The notes under the pieces are model-generated. The model worked only from the letters and a program-made list of their open reading frames with translations. It ran no database searches and was not told where the DNA came from. This document shows positions 10,701 through 22,900 of a stretch of 64,000 nt of DNA, one piece after another. Position numbers and translations under genes: made by a program. This DNA comes from Psilocybe cubensis (Eukaryota): contig CM038999.1 in NCBI GenBank assembly GCA_017499595.2, positions 3,658,001 to 3,722,000 of the forward strand, in the 5' to 3' direction. Numbering within the stretch: position 1 is the first letter of the stretch; the number at the start of each line of letters is the position of its first letter.

Positions 10701-13700
10701 TTTGACTGAGGATAGTAATAAGCCTGGTAATCTGGCTATCTCGGGTGGCGGCGGGCAGATGTTTGGCAACAGTGACAATACCGATGGAGATGGGAATACG
10801 TGTGTTATCATCCGTCGTCTTGTCGTGCTTTTCCAGGTGACTCAAGAGACTAGGTAAGAGCCGAAGATTGACAGCGTCAGCGATGCGCGCAGTATTCTTT
10901 GCAGCCCTGGCTGCTGCTGAAGCCTGTTCTAAGACCTCAGGCTCAACAGTATCCTCATCCTCATCCTCCTCAACAACCATTTCTTCGGTTGTTTGCTCTG
11001 GAACGATGATGACTTCTTCCATTGGAAAATGGAAATTGTCTAACAAAGCCACCAAAGTTCTGATGTAGATACGTTCCGATTCATCTTTGGCCCTTGAAAG
11101 TTTGATGTATTTTTGGACAAGAGAATAATAAGCACCCCAAGCTAGTTGCTTTGCCATGCGGCCTGTTGCCAAAATGGCATCGTTGACGAGGTGATGGTCC
11201 ACAGAGGTTGTGGAGGATATGAAATTGCTGACGAGAGGTACAAAAATTTCGGAAATCGTTGTATTTTTTAGATGCCCTTCATCGCAATGGTCTGCCAATC
11301 GACGCAGGGCTCTAGATCGGCGATGAACTTGGATATGAAGTATGTTGTTGAAGAAATTAGCCTCTTCGTCTCCACCTTCCAAAAGAACCCGCATATCTTG
11401 AAGCACTGCAATATTCTCGCATTTTTCCACCGAGTAAGCGATGACGCCCAAAATCTCCGCACGAACTAGTTCATTCTTCGACCGCAATCCATTTTTTAGC
11501 GCGGGGAAAAGCGCTTTGGCGAATGTATCTTCGAACTCTGGAGATGTTTGCGCTGCGACTAAATCAATGAAATTACGCATCGCATAAGATGCACTATTTC
11601 GTACAGCCAGTTCAACAGGATCCTGTATAAAGTTAAGCATATTGTACAAGATCGGCAGCCAGTCTGTGCATGAAAACGACTTGTACATCGTTTCGTTGAG
11701 GGTCGCAAAAGCATCAAGTCGGCGTTCAAAATCGGGTTCATCGATCCTCTTGGGCGAATACGCATTCAAACTATCGAGCAAATTGGCAAGTTCGTTCAAT
11801 GATGAATCGAGACCAGCAAGGCGGTGGAATGTAGCCACTAGACTGATTCGAGCAACTCGTGATCTCAGGGACTGGAAGAGTTGAGACAGTAGACCGTATG
11901 TTTTGCTATAAGTCGTACTCCGTCTGTCTTGCATATCGGGGATCAGATGGATTAACTCTCCGATAATTTTGACGAGGCCCATCTTGACTTTTTCGGGTAC
12001 AATCTTGGCTGGTCGGCGTAACAACGGATTGAATAAAGCGAGCAATGTCGTTGCCTGCTCGGAGCTCGTCGAATATTGGGCAATCTCAGACAAAATGTGG
12101 ATCTGACGCTGCCCAATGGGTGTAGCAATCGTGGACTGGCCTTTCGTCCTCTCCACAAGTATAGACAAGTTGGCAAGTAGTCGAGACACATGTGGTTTCA
12201 ATACATGTTCTCGAGCGTACTCATCATCGGCAGAGCAACCCAAAAGGTTATCCACGATATCAAAGATCTTGGATATGACGGCGGGCTTAACATTAGTGGC
12301 AACAAGGCAGTCATATATTTTGGGTAATGTGTCATTGTTGTAGTCCACCAACAGTGGCACATGCATTCCATCGACCGTCCAGACGTGGAACAGATCCAGT
12401 AGTGCGGAGGGAGCTTGCGTGTTTTCTCTGTCAAGAGCTGGGAGACGAGGGTTAATGATGGCAGAGAAAACAGACATCATATACGGCGTAAAGTCGAAGA
12501 TTACTGGGATACGGAAGAAGTCTGCGAAGCGTTTTAGGCCTAGCTGCCTGATGGCTCGGATGGCTTTGGTGGAGTTCACAGAGGGGTTGAATATTTCAGC
12601 ATCATCAGCAAGCTCCACCTCGTCAATCGTAACTTCTTCACCATCCTTTTCAACGGGGGTTTTATCTTTTATGCCATCGATGCGAGCTTGCGCCGTAGCA
12701 GTGATGTCGACAGTCATCCCAAGCAAAGCAGGCCAGTACGACATCAATCGCGATCCCAAAGTCTTCAATACATCGCCAAGGAGTGTCAGATACCCAGCTA
12801 CCTGCTTGTCGGATAGGCTGTGGGAATTCATATCAACCATTTCGATCTGAAAGACATTGTGACCTTCCGACACCAGACTGGTGGGAGAAGACCGATCCCA
12901 GCCAAATGGACGCAACATTAAATCGACCAGAAGCCCTAACTCATCGTCTCTGCACCTTGCAAAGGCGCTCAGAACAGCAGCTCTTCTGTCACCCCCGCCT
13001 CCGCCACCACGACCTCTATTTTTCTTTTCCAACATAACGCCAAAGAGAAGCCGGATGATCACACTAATAACCTCGCCTCGAGAGGCTGCCGGAATATCAT
13101 CTACCTCCAAAAGGGCCAATTCATCTCTCCACCTCGTGTCATCTAACAAAGAACGTATGCGATCTTCATAAGGTGTCAAGTGCGGGGATTTGTAAGTAAA
13201 CAGGCAGGAGAGGGCAATGCTCTGCAAAGACCGGTCCGGGTGGGACAAGTTGGTGATATAGAGAGCGCGAAGGGTGTCGGTAGCATAAAGAGCTTTTGGG
13301 TTGGAAAATTTGGAAAAGAGAGTTAACCACGCCAAAAGTTTCGGCTTGGGTAGAAGGCTGGAAGATGTGGACAATTCACTTTGTCCATTAAGCATCAGGA
13401 AATGAGGGACTAGGTCTCGGTTGTGTTTTTCCGCCAACAACGAGCATTCTCCTAAGGTTGCGAGAAGTTGATATTCGTACGAGAGAATATCGAACCTTTC
13501 CTCGTTATCCTGTTCCTGTAGAAATGGAGTTATGTTCATTGGGTGTGGCCGCAGCAAAGAAGGTACACATTATTGACGCACGTTTTGTAAGCGCTTTTTC
13601 TCTCTTTCTGGGTCATCCCATACCAAGACAATGCTGCGTAGCTTGTGAGCACTAGGATCTCTCCACGATCTCTCCTCTTCCCAAGGATCTGCATCGTTTC

Positions 13701-16376
13701 CGTGCTCGGCTTCTTCTCCTGAATGGTCTTGACCTCTTTCAGAGGATTGTGATTGTGAGGGCGAGATTGACCCGCCTGGTGGAGGTAACGTAACTTTCCG
13801 CAATTCCTCAAAAAGAAGCTTCCACACCAAATCGCCAAAACGCTGCGCTAGGGTGCCCAACGCAGCAGTGGCAGGCGACCAAAGTGGCCTGAGGTTGACT
13901 TTGAGCTGTGCGATCAACCATCGTGCGCATAGATCAGCGCCTTTCTCATCACCAACAACCTGCCCGACTCGTCCAATCCTCAAGACCCTCTCTCTGACAC
14001 CTTGAAGATCTAAAGACACTTCTTCACCTTGTAGGCATCGTTTAAGCACTTCGACTTGATCGTGCTGGGGATCGACCAATTTGCAGTCCAGCAATCGTAA
14101 AGCAGACAATCGAAGTGCGCGCGAATGCGATATCAATGAATTATACAGCGAGGGATACACTTGATGCAGTGGTATCGTCTTCGTGAAAGGGCTATACGAA
14201 GATAAGCCAAGACAAAAGAATACATAACAGTCCCATAAATACCTTGCTTGTGCTACAACAACCAGACCAGCTAGTACTTCATGAGACCATGCCCACTTTT
14301 CGAGCCCTTTCCTCGTCCACATTTCGAGATCAATTTTAGCTGCCCACTCCGAAGTATCGCGCTTCGACAGAGCATTCAAACACAGACCCAGCAGTCGAAC
14401 TGAATTCGCCGCAGTAACATCTTCGGCACGACAGGACGTGGAATCGATGTGCAAGTTGATAATGTCAATCAGTGGAGTAGTAATCGTTGTCAGGCAGAAT
14501 GGCAATAATGTTAGTAAGCCATCTAATTCTGTGACCTGAAGTTGGGTTCATGGTTAACAGCTTTCCCATCTAAGAGAAGACGAAAATTTTACCATATCAT
14601 CGCTGGATCCTTGTTTCCATTCATTAGTCGACAATCGATCAAGCACCATTCCCTCGATTTTTCTCCTCCATACAACATCGATATCGGAGGGTGCCCCAAG
14701 TTTCTTATCTCTCTGGAGGGCCGCTAAAAAGGCAATCAACCTTCTCTGCTCTTTGTCGATCAAGCAGAGTTCTGGCTTAATCACAGATTTCATTAACACA
14801 GGAGATGCTATGAGCTTCCACCCGCCCCATCCTGCATCTGCAAGGCACAAGTTGAACTTTAAGGTGAACGAAATCTGGGTTTGCGTGAAAGGGACATGTG
14901 TGTGGGAATCGTCCGTGCCTTCAATTGCCGTAGTTGACCATATGCGTTGCAGAAATTTCAGCCCAGGACCCAGCCACAGGGACATGTCCCCCGCAAAAAA
15001 TAACGCCGTAAGGTAACGAAGCAACGTAGTATGAATATCGGGGATAATAGGCAAGTGATTGAGTTGCGAAAATAGCAACGATTTTTGACTTTCTGTGAAC
15101 ATTCATTAGCCAAATAGTAGGAACAACCTTGATTGCCAATAATTACCAGTCAACCTAGATCCTGATCGTACACCGCACACGACGGCAACAATTTCGAACA
15201 TCTTCTTCAGAACGGCTATATCCTTTTCCTGGGTGGTATCCGATTCCTTAAGTAAGGAAACAAAACGATCCAATAATATTTGTCCAATCGAGGTAAATTG
15301 CTCGGCATTTTTTACGTGATGGATAAGGGCGGTAAGGGATCTGCGTATAAGGGTGTGTGTTGGCTTCGGGTCAGCAGTAGAGCAGAGGTGGTAGGAGAGT
15401 AATGGTATGAATATCGAGGGAGAACATGTATGCAATGTCTGGGAAACGGACTGCCATTTGCAAGATATTAGAAAACGTCATAAAATATAATAATATATCA
15501 TACCTTGCACGCGAACACGATCACCCAAGCACTGGCGTCCTCTAAATAAGCAGATTTCTCGGCTAAAAGTTCCACTGCCCTTTCTCGAGCTCCAGATTTC
15601 ATTCTTCGAAGGACACCCCCCCAAACCTCAGCCACGGCCCTCTGAATCTCACCATGACATTTTGGTAATGTAGAGCATATTGTCAACCATGTTTCTTCTA
15701 TGAGTTTGGTATCGATGGCAGGAATAAGGAGGTATCGAAAGATTGAAGAAAGAGTTTCTAAAAGCGAGGTAAGAGCGGCGGCGGATATAGTGCTTGGCAA
15801 AAGAGAGAGCAATGTTTCCAATAGGGAAGAATATATCGGCGACAAGGTCGTTCGTAGATCGTGCGCCATTTTCTGAAGAAGACTGCACAAATGATGAGAG
15901 ATGAACCAGGAATTGGTCAAAGGATAATTACTCTAAAAGTGCTCGCAAACCTTCATCATCTGCAGATTTGAATGCCTCGAGCCAAAGAGCATAAATATCC
16001 CGCCAATTATGAAGCAAAAGAGGCATAGACGCTGAGAGTCCGTCTGCACTTTTGGCAAATTGGATGAAGCTAGGAGATAGGTTTAGTTGTCTCCAATGAT
16101 CCAAGGCTTCATGGAAATGCGAATCGTTATCCTGTGCAGCATATGATCAGACTGAAATTAGAGGAGGGTAGCCAAAACGTACTCCAACATCATGACCAAA
16201 ATGAGTTTGTTTGAAACTTGAAGGTAAATGCACCTCCTTCAACGATTGGTTATACGTTTGGTGCTATTACGCGAACCTTGGTTACACTTGAATAAAGGAG
16301 AAAGTGACAAACGCACCTTGAACCGTTTGACCTGGGGGACAACATCCATGGGCTCATCAACATCCATATCATTCAT
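7755..16376 (-). CDS. UTP20: U3 snoRNA-associated protein 20 (SSU processome HEAT-repeat protein)
   Basis: Very long multi-exon HEAT gene. N-terminus MNDMDVDE...VKRFK; motifs HFHEALDHWRQLNL, DEPDFERRL, EEANFFNNILHIQVHRRSRALRRL, LLQFLLDYPQGKGRL, LFPHAWVR; basic C-terminus. Confidence 0.93.
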
Positions 16377-16531
16377 GGCGCGTTCGATTGCTTGTTTTTG
16401 ACGTGAACAGAGGAGATAGATGTAATGTGAAGTGAATTCAACGAGATACGCGAAGTCCGATTTGCTAAAGCGTTATGGATCTTCAAAATAAGTAAATCGG
16501 CACGCTGCTGTCGATAATTTTTCTTCAAAAA

Positions 16532-16774
16532 GACCGATTTCTTGTAAGGCCTGTCGTGTGCACCGATGCCGCTCGCTCTGGCTGAGGTCGAAAGTACCCT
16601 GCAAACAGGGTGGCAGCTGGGAGAGGATCTATCCTAGTTGAAATTTCAGAAGGTCCTGCCCATCAACACCACACAAAGTTCCACCCTCGATTAGGAAGGA
16701 GTGATCGAACCGGGCCGTAGCCCGAATTCGCTATCGGCAAGTGCGGCAACTACTTGCTGGTCAACGAATTTTTG
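16532..16774 (+). ncRNA. Candidate structured non-coding RNA of unassigned class (weak RNase P RNA-like elements)
   Basis: GC-rich island with four local hairpins, long-range end pairing, G-U pairs favouring the + strand and a terminal T5 run. Manual pairing only. Confidence 0.25.
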
Positions 16775-16908
16775 ACAAAATATCATATATTCATTTGACC
16801 AAACTATGTAGACATACAAATACAGTTACGTTGGAACAAGATTGAAATATATCAGGACAAGAACCAATAAAAACGATTCTTTATGTTGCCTTTGCTACGC
16901 CGCAGCTC

Positions 16909-18937
16909 TCACGGATGTAGCAGGACCTTTGTATATCCATCAACTCGCCGGTCAAACTTGTCATAGGCATCAGCTGCATTGTCCAAAGGAATATTATGAG
17001 AGACAACAAAAGACGGCTTCGCTTTTCCGGATATGATCAAATCGCGCAAATAACGATTGTACGCCTGAGACCGTGATCAGTGTGACACGGAAGAAACACA
17101 GTACTTAATCAAGTATCCCACCTTGACATTACATTGACCTGTCCCAAGGGATAATCCTTTTTCAAATAATTTTCCTTTTCAACAAAGTGAGTTGATTGGT
17201 CCGTTAGGATACAAGAGAATTTGATAACGAACCGAATGGGAAAGAAATATATCCTCTAATCCGAACATTCAGCGTCAACATTTCTCTTAATGTTTCATAA
17301 ACTCACTTTGCTGCAGCGGAATCTGGCGCGCCAGGATCGCTAGGAACGTAGAGTCCTGGAATCCCCAAGCCACCTGTAGGTCGTACAACCCGGATGAGTG
17401 CTTCAAGCACAGCATTGGGCTGCTCAGTCTTTCCGTCTCCTGTCGTCGCCTGGTATCCCACAGCTACAGAAATGTCACATAAGTATTTCAAACGCCATGA
17501 AAAATGAGCGCACCATCGACACCTCGATCCACTTCCTTCCTGTAGACAAACTATTAGCGTTGCGATCGTAAATATCAACTAAACAGTGGCTTGCCCTCCC
17601 CGATGGTCCAGAATCTGTTGAACAGCATCACCTCGACTAAAATCGATGGGAATGCAGTTGATATCTTTCGCCTTTTGAAGCCTTTCGGGGACACGATCAA
17701 CAACATAAACCTCAGATGCTCCACGAAGCACGGCAGAATACGCTGCCATCAATCCAACAGGTCCAGCACCAAAAACTACAATGGACTCCCCCGGTTTGAA
17801 ACCCTGGCCACAATCCAAAATTCAGGGCACTAAAGCTATAAGAAATGTCAGAGACATACCGAAAGCTGAACTCCATGCCATCCCTAGAATGAAGTTTGAG
17901 AAACCTCGTTTGGTTAATGAGTTCATTGACTCACAGTCGGAAAGATATCAGCGAGCAGGGCGAAATCTTCCTCATGTTCTGTTCCAGGAGGGAGCTTGAG
18001 CGCATTAAAGTCTGCGAATGGAACCTTGACGTATTCCTAATATGTCGGCATTCAAAAATCAGATGACAATGAACCTAAACCTCTTCAAAACTTACAGCTT
18101 GGCCACCGACATATGGACCCATGGCCACGTATCTATACGAGTATGATGAGCGTATTAAATATGTGCCGCATCATAAGAATTATCTACCCATATGCTCTGC
18201 ATAGTTTCATTGTTGTTAGTGTGCAAATTCCCAATGTTCGCGGAAACAACTCACCCGCCTGCCTGACGGGAACAATTCAGTGGATTTTAGAGAAGCATTA
18301 CGACAAGTACATACAAATCCAGGGTTGACATTTGTGCAAAATGCAGACTTTCCCTCCTCGCAATTTAAGCAACGTCCACAAGCGACGTTGAAAGGCATAA
18401 CAACACGATCTCCCTTTTTAAGAAGCTTTGGCAACAGAAGTAAGTGAATGATAAGCATTTAGAATATAGCAGTAGCCTTACAGTTACACCAGCCCCAACC
18501 TCCTGCAGCGCGACCAATATATGAGCATGGTTAAATATTTAGTAGATATGCATAGGACATACATCAACGATACCCATGCTATGCAAACCATCAGTCGATC
18601 CCGTATTCTTGGTAACACGGCAGCTTACTTTTCATGCCCAAAGACGATACCAGCTTGAGCAGCTGTACGGCCCTCGTACATGTGGAGGTCGCTTTGATAC
18701 ACGGCCTCAGAAAATGTATACTCATTGGTTACAGTGAAAGTGAAAAAATACCTTCCACAGATGCAAGAGGTTGTTACTATATTACAACGTTAACGACGTC
18801 AGTCAGTATGAGAAGGCTGGGGCATTCGCCCTACCTCTGACTATGATGTCGTCGGGATGTAGCAACTTCGGCTTCTCAACCTCGCGAACCGTTACTTTGA
18901 ACGCCCCATCGTAGACCACAGCGCGCATAGTAGACAT
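16909..18937 (-). CDS. Zn-dependent medium-chain alcohol dehydrogenase, glutathione-independent formaldehyde dehydrogenase-like
   Basis: MSTMRAVVYDG; DLHMYEGRT; GHE; VMPFNVACGRCLNCEEG (structural Zn site); LSDIFP; FGAGPVG (Rossmann); GIPGLYVPSDPG; GYTKVLLHP*. Many small exons. Confidence 0.88.
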
Positions 18938-19904
18938 CGCAGTTATCAATAGGGTGTTGTTGTTGTATCGGATACCAATATGCCTTGATACTGGAAAATA
19001 GGAGGGCATAGAACAATACTTCAATGACAATATTTATACATGCGACGCTCACACTTCGCCTTCGCCTGAAAGAAAAATTGGACGAATACGGAATTCCATG
19101 TCGCTGGATTTAGACTGCACTTCTTTGTTTCAAAATGAAGATGGGTCACAAGGTTGTATTGAGTGGATTGAACATACCTGTATGGGTCATATGGACGGCG
19201 ACTCTCAGCGAAAAGAAGGTCGCGTGAGATTAGATGGCCACAGAGAATATCTGTCGTGTTCCGGAGCCAGGTGGTGTCAGGTCCAAGCTTGAGTGTGTTA
19301 CAAATCCTAAACATTGACCAAAGCGGCTACATTTCAAAAAGGTGAGAATGCAAATGCTGCGACACACGTGTTACATGCTGTCATAGGAAAATAGACTATT
19401 TATCTTCGCACAATATGCCAACCTACTAACCACATTCAACGTTTGATTTCTTGAAAAATTATGATGGTCATTCGATAGTTTCTCTCCAGTTCTTGCTGCC
19501 CGAAAAAAAGGGTGATAATACTCTGATTTCACGAAGAAATTATCGAGTCGTTAGCAGAGGGCACACTCTTCGATCCATGTGTGCAGCTCAGGAGTTGCTA
19601 GAAGCCCTAGAGTTACGTTCAACTTGAACTGCTTTCCACGGTTTCGTCTAATTTGGTGATAAATCTGTGATATGGCTGTCCGTCAGGGTAATAGTTTAAG
19701 AGTTCAGTTCCAAGTTTTGACGGAGAATAAGGTTGAAGAAAAGTTGCAAAAGTTGTTCTCGCAAAAGTTGGCGACAAGGAATTTGTTGTTGAGCGAGGGA
19801 TTACGTAACTATTTTGCAAGTCGATCAGCACCTGCTTGGTACTAAAATTAAAAAAAATAGAAATATATTGCAGTCGAGAATAAAGTCTGGCATTGGGAAT
19901 CACT

Positions 19905-22900
19905 TTAGAAAAGACCAAGAAGACTGGCATCATCTAGTTCTTTTATCAAATCGCGCGCCTCCCGTGCAGGCCGAGCAATGAACGGTTTTTCATGGGCCGC
20001 ACTTTCCAGTACCTTTTGAGCTACAGCTCGCAAAAGTTTGAGTTTCTGGAACAGATTGGGTCTTTCTGAACTGTCCGCGTCATCATCCTCCCTTATGACT
20101 CCCAATATCACTTGGGACGACATTATTGAAGGTGGCGTTCCAAAAATGAGATGTGTTCTACAAGACGAATTAGAAACAGTTGTGACAAACAGAACGAAAG
20201 CATGCAACTCACTCAACAATTGTCCTCAGAAGATCTGGTTTATCAGAAAGTGATTTGACAAGTGCTCCAACAGCTTCGCAATAGTGCTCTACGATTATGA
20301 TTTAGGACTATGGTTTGTATTGCAACGTTGCCGATTAAAAACATGAACTCACCGCTATGCGTTTCACGGAATGATTCTGCAACTAATTCAATGCATGATT
20401 CCCGAGCCTTGTCCCCGACGTTTTGAGATGCGTTATGCATGACATGGGAGAGAGCCCAGATGAAACTGGTCGAGATGGAATCTTCGTTTCCTTTTGCTCC
20501 CGTAATCAGTTCTGTGATGACGGGATCCACTCGTGGCTGGTTCTTCATCAACACGCCGAGCGCTTCAGCAGCTTTCGCACGAACAGCGGCGCTGGCTGGA
20601 TCGCTGGTACTTTTGACAAAGGTCCTCTGCAACTGCGGGAAGAAAGGCTTGACAAAGGCTGGGATACGTTCCAACATCGAAGTCAAGGCGCTCAAAATTG
20701 CAATTTTGACACCCGGAGGGTATCCCATTGCTTGTGTTGCTACCCTGATTAAAGGTCCGGTGAATGGCACGACGAAGGGTTTCATGGCATTTTCCTCCGT
20801 CCTCTCAACGAGGTCTCCAATGGCATATGCGGCTTGCTCTCTCTGTTCGTTGCTTCCAGTGGTAAGACCGGCAATGATGATAGGGACTGTGGGAGCGACA
20901 CCCTTTGGTAGATCAAAGCCAGGGACTGTTCGACCCGGAGCACCGGTTGATTCTATGGTGCGTCGTAGTGGTACAACTAGTGGTTCCAGCTCGTCTTTTG
21001 GCATGGACTTGACGAATGAATCGAACGCATTCCATGCAGCTGTATATACGTCTACTTGAGAATCATCGAGAAGCGAAACGAGTTGACGAATCCAATCAAC
21101 CCTGTACAGAGACGAATCCAACTCTGACGCTTGACAAAACACAGTGAAAAGATTGCAGGCGCTAACTCGACGTTTTGGGGATTCGTGTTTTGCCCTACAG
21201 AGATGGATTAGTATATATTAACCAAACTTAATTAACTTCAGCGTACCATCCAATTAAAAGCATCATTACAGTGTTGAGGCCTTCTGCATCATTGACAGAT
21301 GAGAACAAGGCTTCTGTGGCTTCTCCAACAGCCTCCCGAAGCTCGTCTTCGATATCATCCTCGGAGACTTTGACTAGCGCATTCAAGATAGTGGTAAGGC
21401 GCTTGCTCAAAGCATTGCCTGCGACTGTCACCAGTGACGCCAGAGCACGAGCATTGAAAACAGTCATCGGAATGGCTGTCAAAGTGGGGATTAATACAGG
21501 GAAGACTGTCGTGGCACGAACCTATGCATTCCGAAAGTCAGAAACATACATATTCCACGGAGCTACAAATCCGAAACTCACGTTCATGACTTCCGTGAGG
21601 GCTTGCAAGGCAGTCCCTGAACTCTTGCCTGGTTGACGAAGAGCCTCCAACAGAGTGGGGATAGTCTGGTCAATCGCCTTTGTGCCCAACTCCTCTTGTA
21701 AGACGTCGAATGCCTGGGCACCTGCTGTACGAACATTGGCTTCATCGTCGACGAGCGCCGCACGAACAATCGAAATGATATCATCTTCATGGTCTTCTCT
21801 TTGCGTTTCAGTGGAATTTTGCCTGCGACGAGTCATGAGACAAATATAGAAACTTTACTCATAAATTACCTACATGATCTGGCTGACAGTCAAAGAAACA
21901 CCTTCACGAGTACGAGGGTCCGATGAAGTTGCTTTTGTCTTGAGGATAGGCATAATGTCTCCAATGATTCTTTCACCAAACTTGCGGCAAACCTCAGCAA
22001 CAGTTCTGCTAGCAGTCTAAAACTAGGATAAGTGAATTGTTTGAACAATGGAAACTATACTACCTCTTGCTGTTCAAACTCATCAGAGGAAATGAGGAAT
22101 ATAATCTGAGTGACGAGCTCTGGAAGAAGTTCCCTGACTAGACTGGAGTGAGTGGACATTATGTCGGCTAAAAGTATAATTTACCTGTCTTCGGCGTATT
22201 GTGCACAAGTGCCTTCCAGATCTGAATGGAGGATTGCCTCACTACCACCACACCATCTTGACGAACCAGATATAGAGCCGCAAGAATCCTGTCCCTTCGT
22301 TCGGCACCAAGTACTTCCAAGAGGGCACGACGGGAAGATTCGGCTGTAGTTGCTTCGGCTGCTGCTTCATCTTCATCCAATTCGGACGTCTTGCCAGAAA
22401 TGCCAGAAACTTTGAACAAAAGCTCTCCAACAAGAGTAATCGAAGATTGCTAAATAAATAGGTAAATATATGCAGATAACAATAAGTTTAATGCATACGC
22501 GAATGCGCCAACCAGGATCGAACATGCCACTTTCAAGTTCCGGAAGTAATAAATCGATAGCCTTGCTAGAATAGTTTGTCACAACCATGCGTCCTGCACG
22601 CATGGCAGCTTCGCGAACATACTCTTCGGTATCTGCCAGACCACCGAGAATAGGAGCAATAATTTTGGGAAGATGTGGTTGGAAACGACTTCCAAAGGTC
22701 GCAGGTAAGTAAACGAGGAGAGACATGAAGCCTTCCCTGACAGTGGGACGAGGGGAACGTGAATTGGCAATGATATCCGGTAAGAGGCCCTCGAGGCGCT
22801 CCATGCCAAGACCTGAAAGGACTTCACTCAGTCCCTGGGCGGCACCTTGTCTGTCGACGCCTGAAGTATCTGTCTTCAAGGTCCTTAACAAACCGGGAAC

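Noticed and set aside
16700-16733. tRNA gene on the minus strand (A-box-like TAGCGAATTCGG and B-box-like GGTTCGATC)
   Set aside because: Spacing is too short and no cloverleaf forms.
20423-21636. Long antisense ORFs over GCN1 (and similar ones over UTP20, prpF and the HtrL-like gene)
   Set aside because: Shadow frames of real coding exons with no independent motifs.
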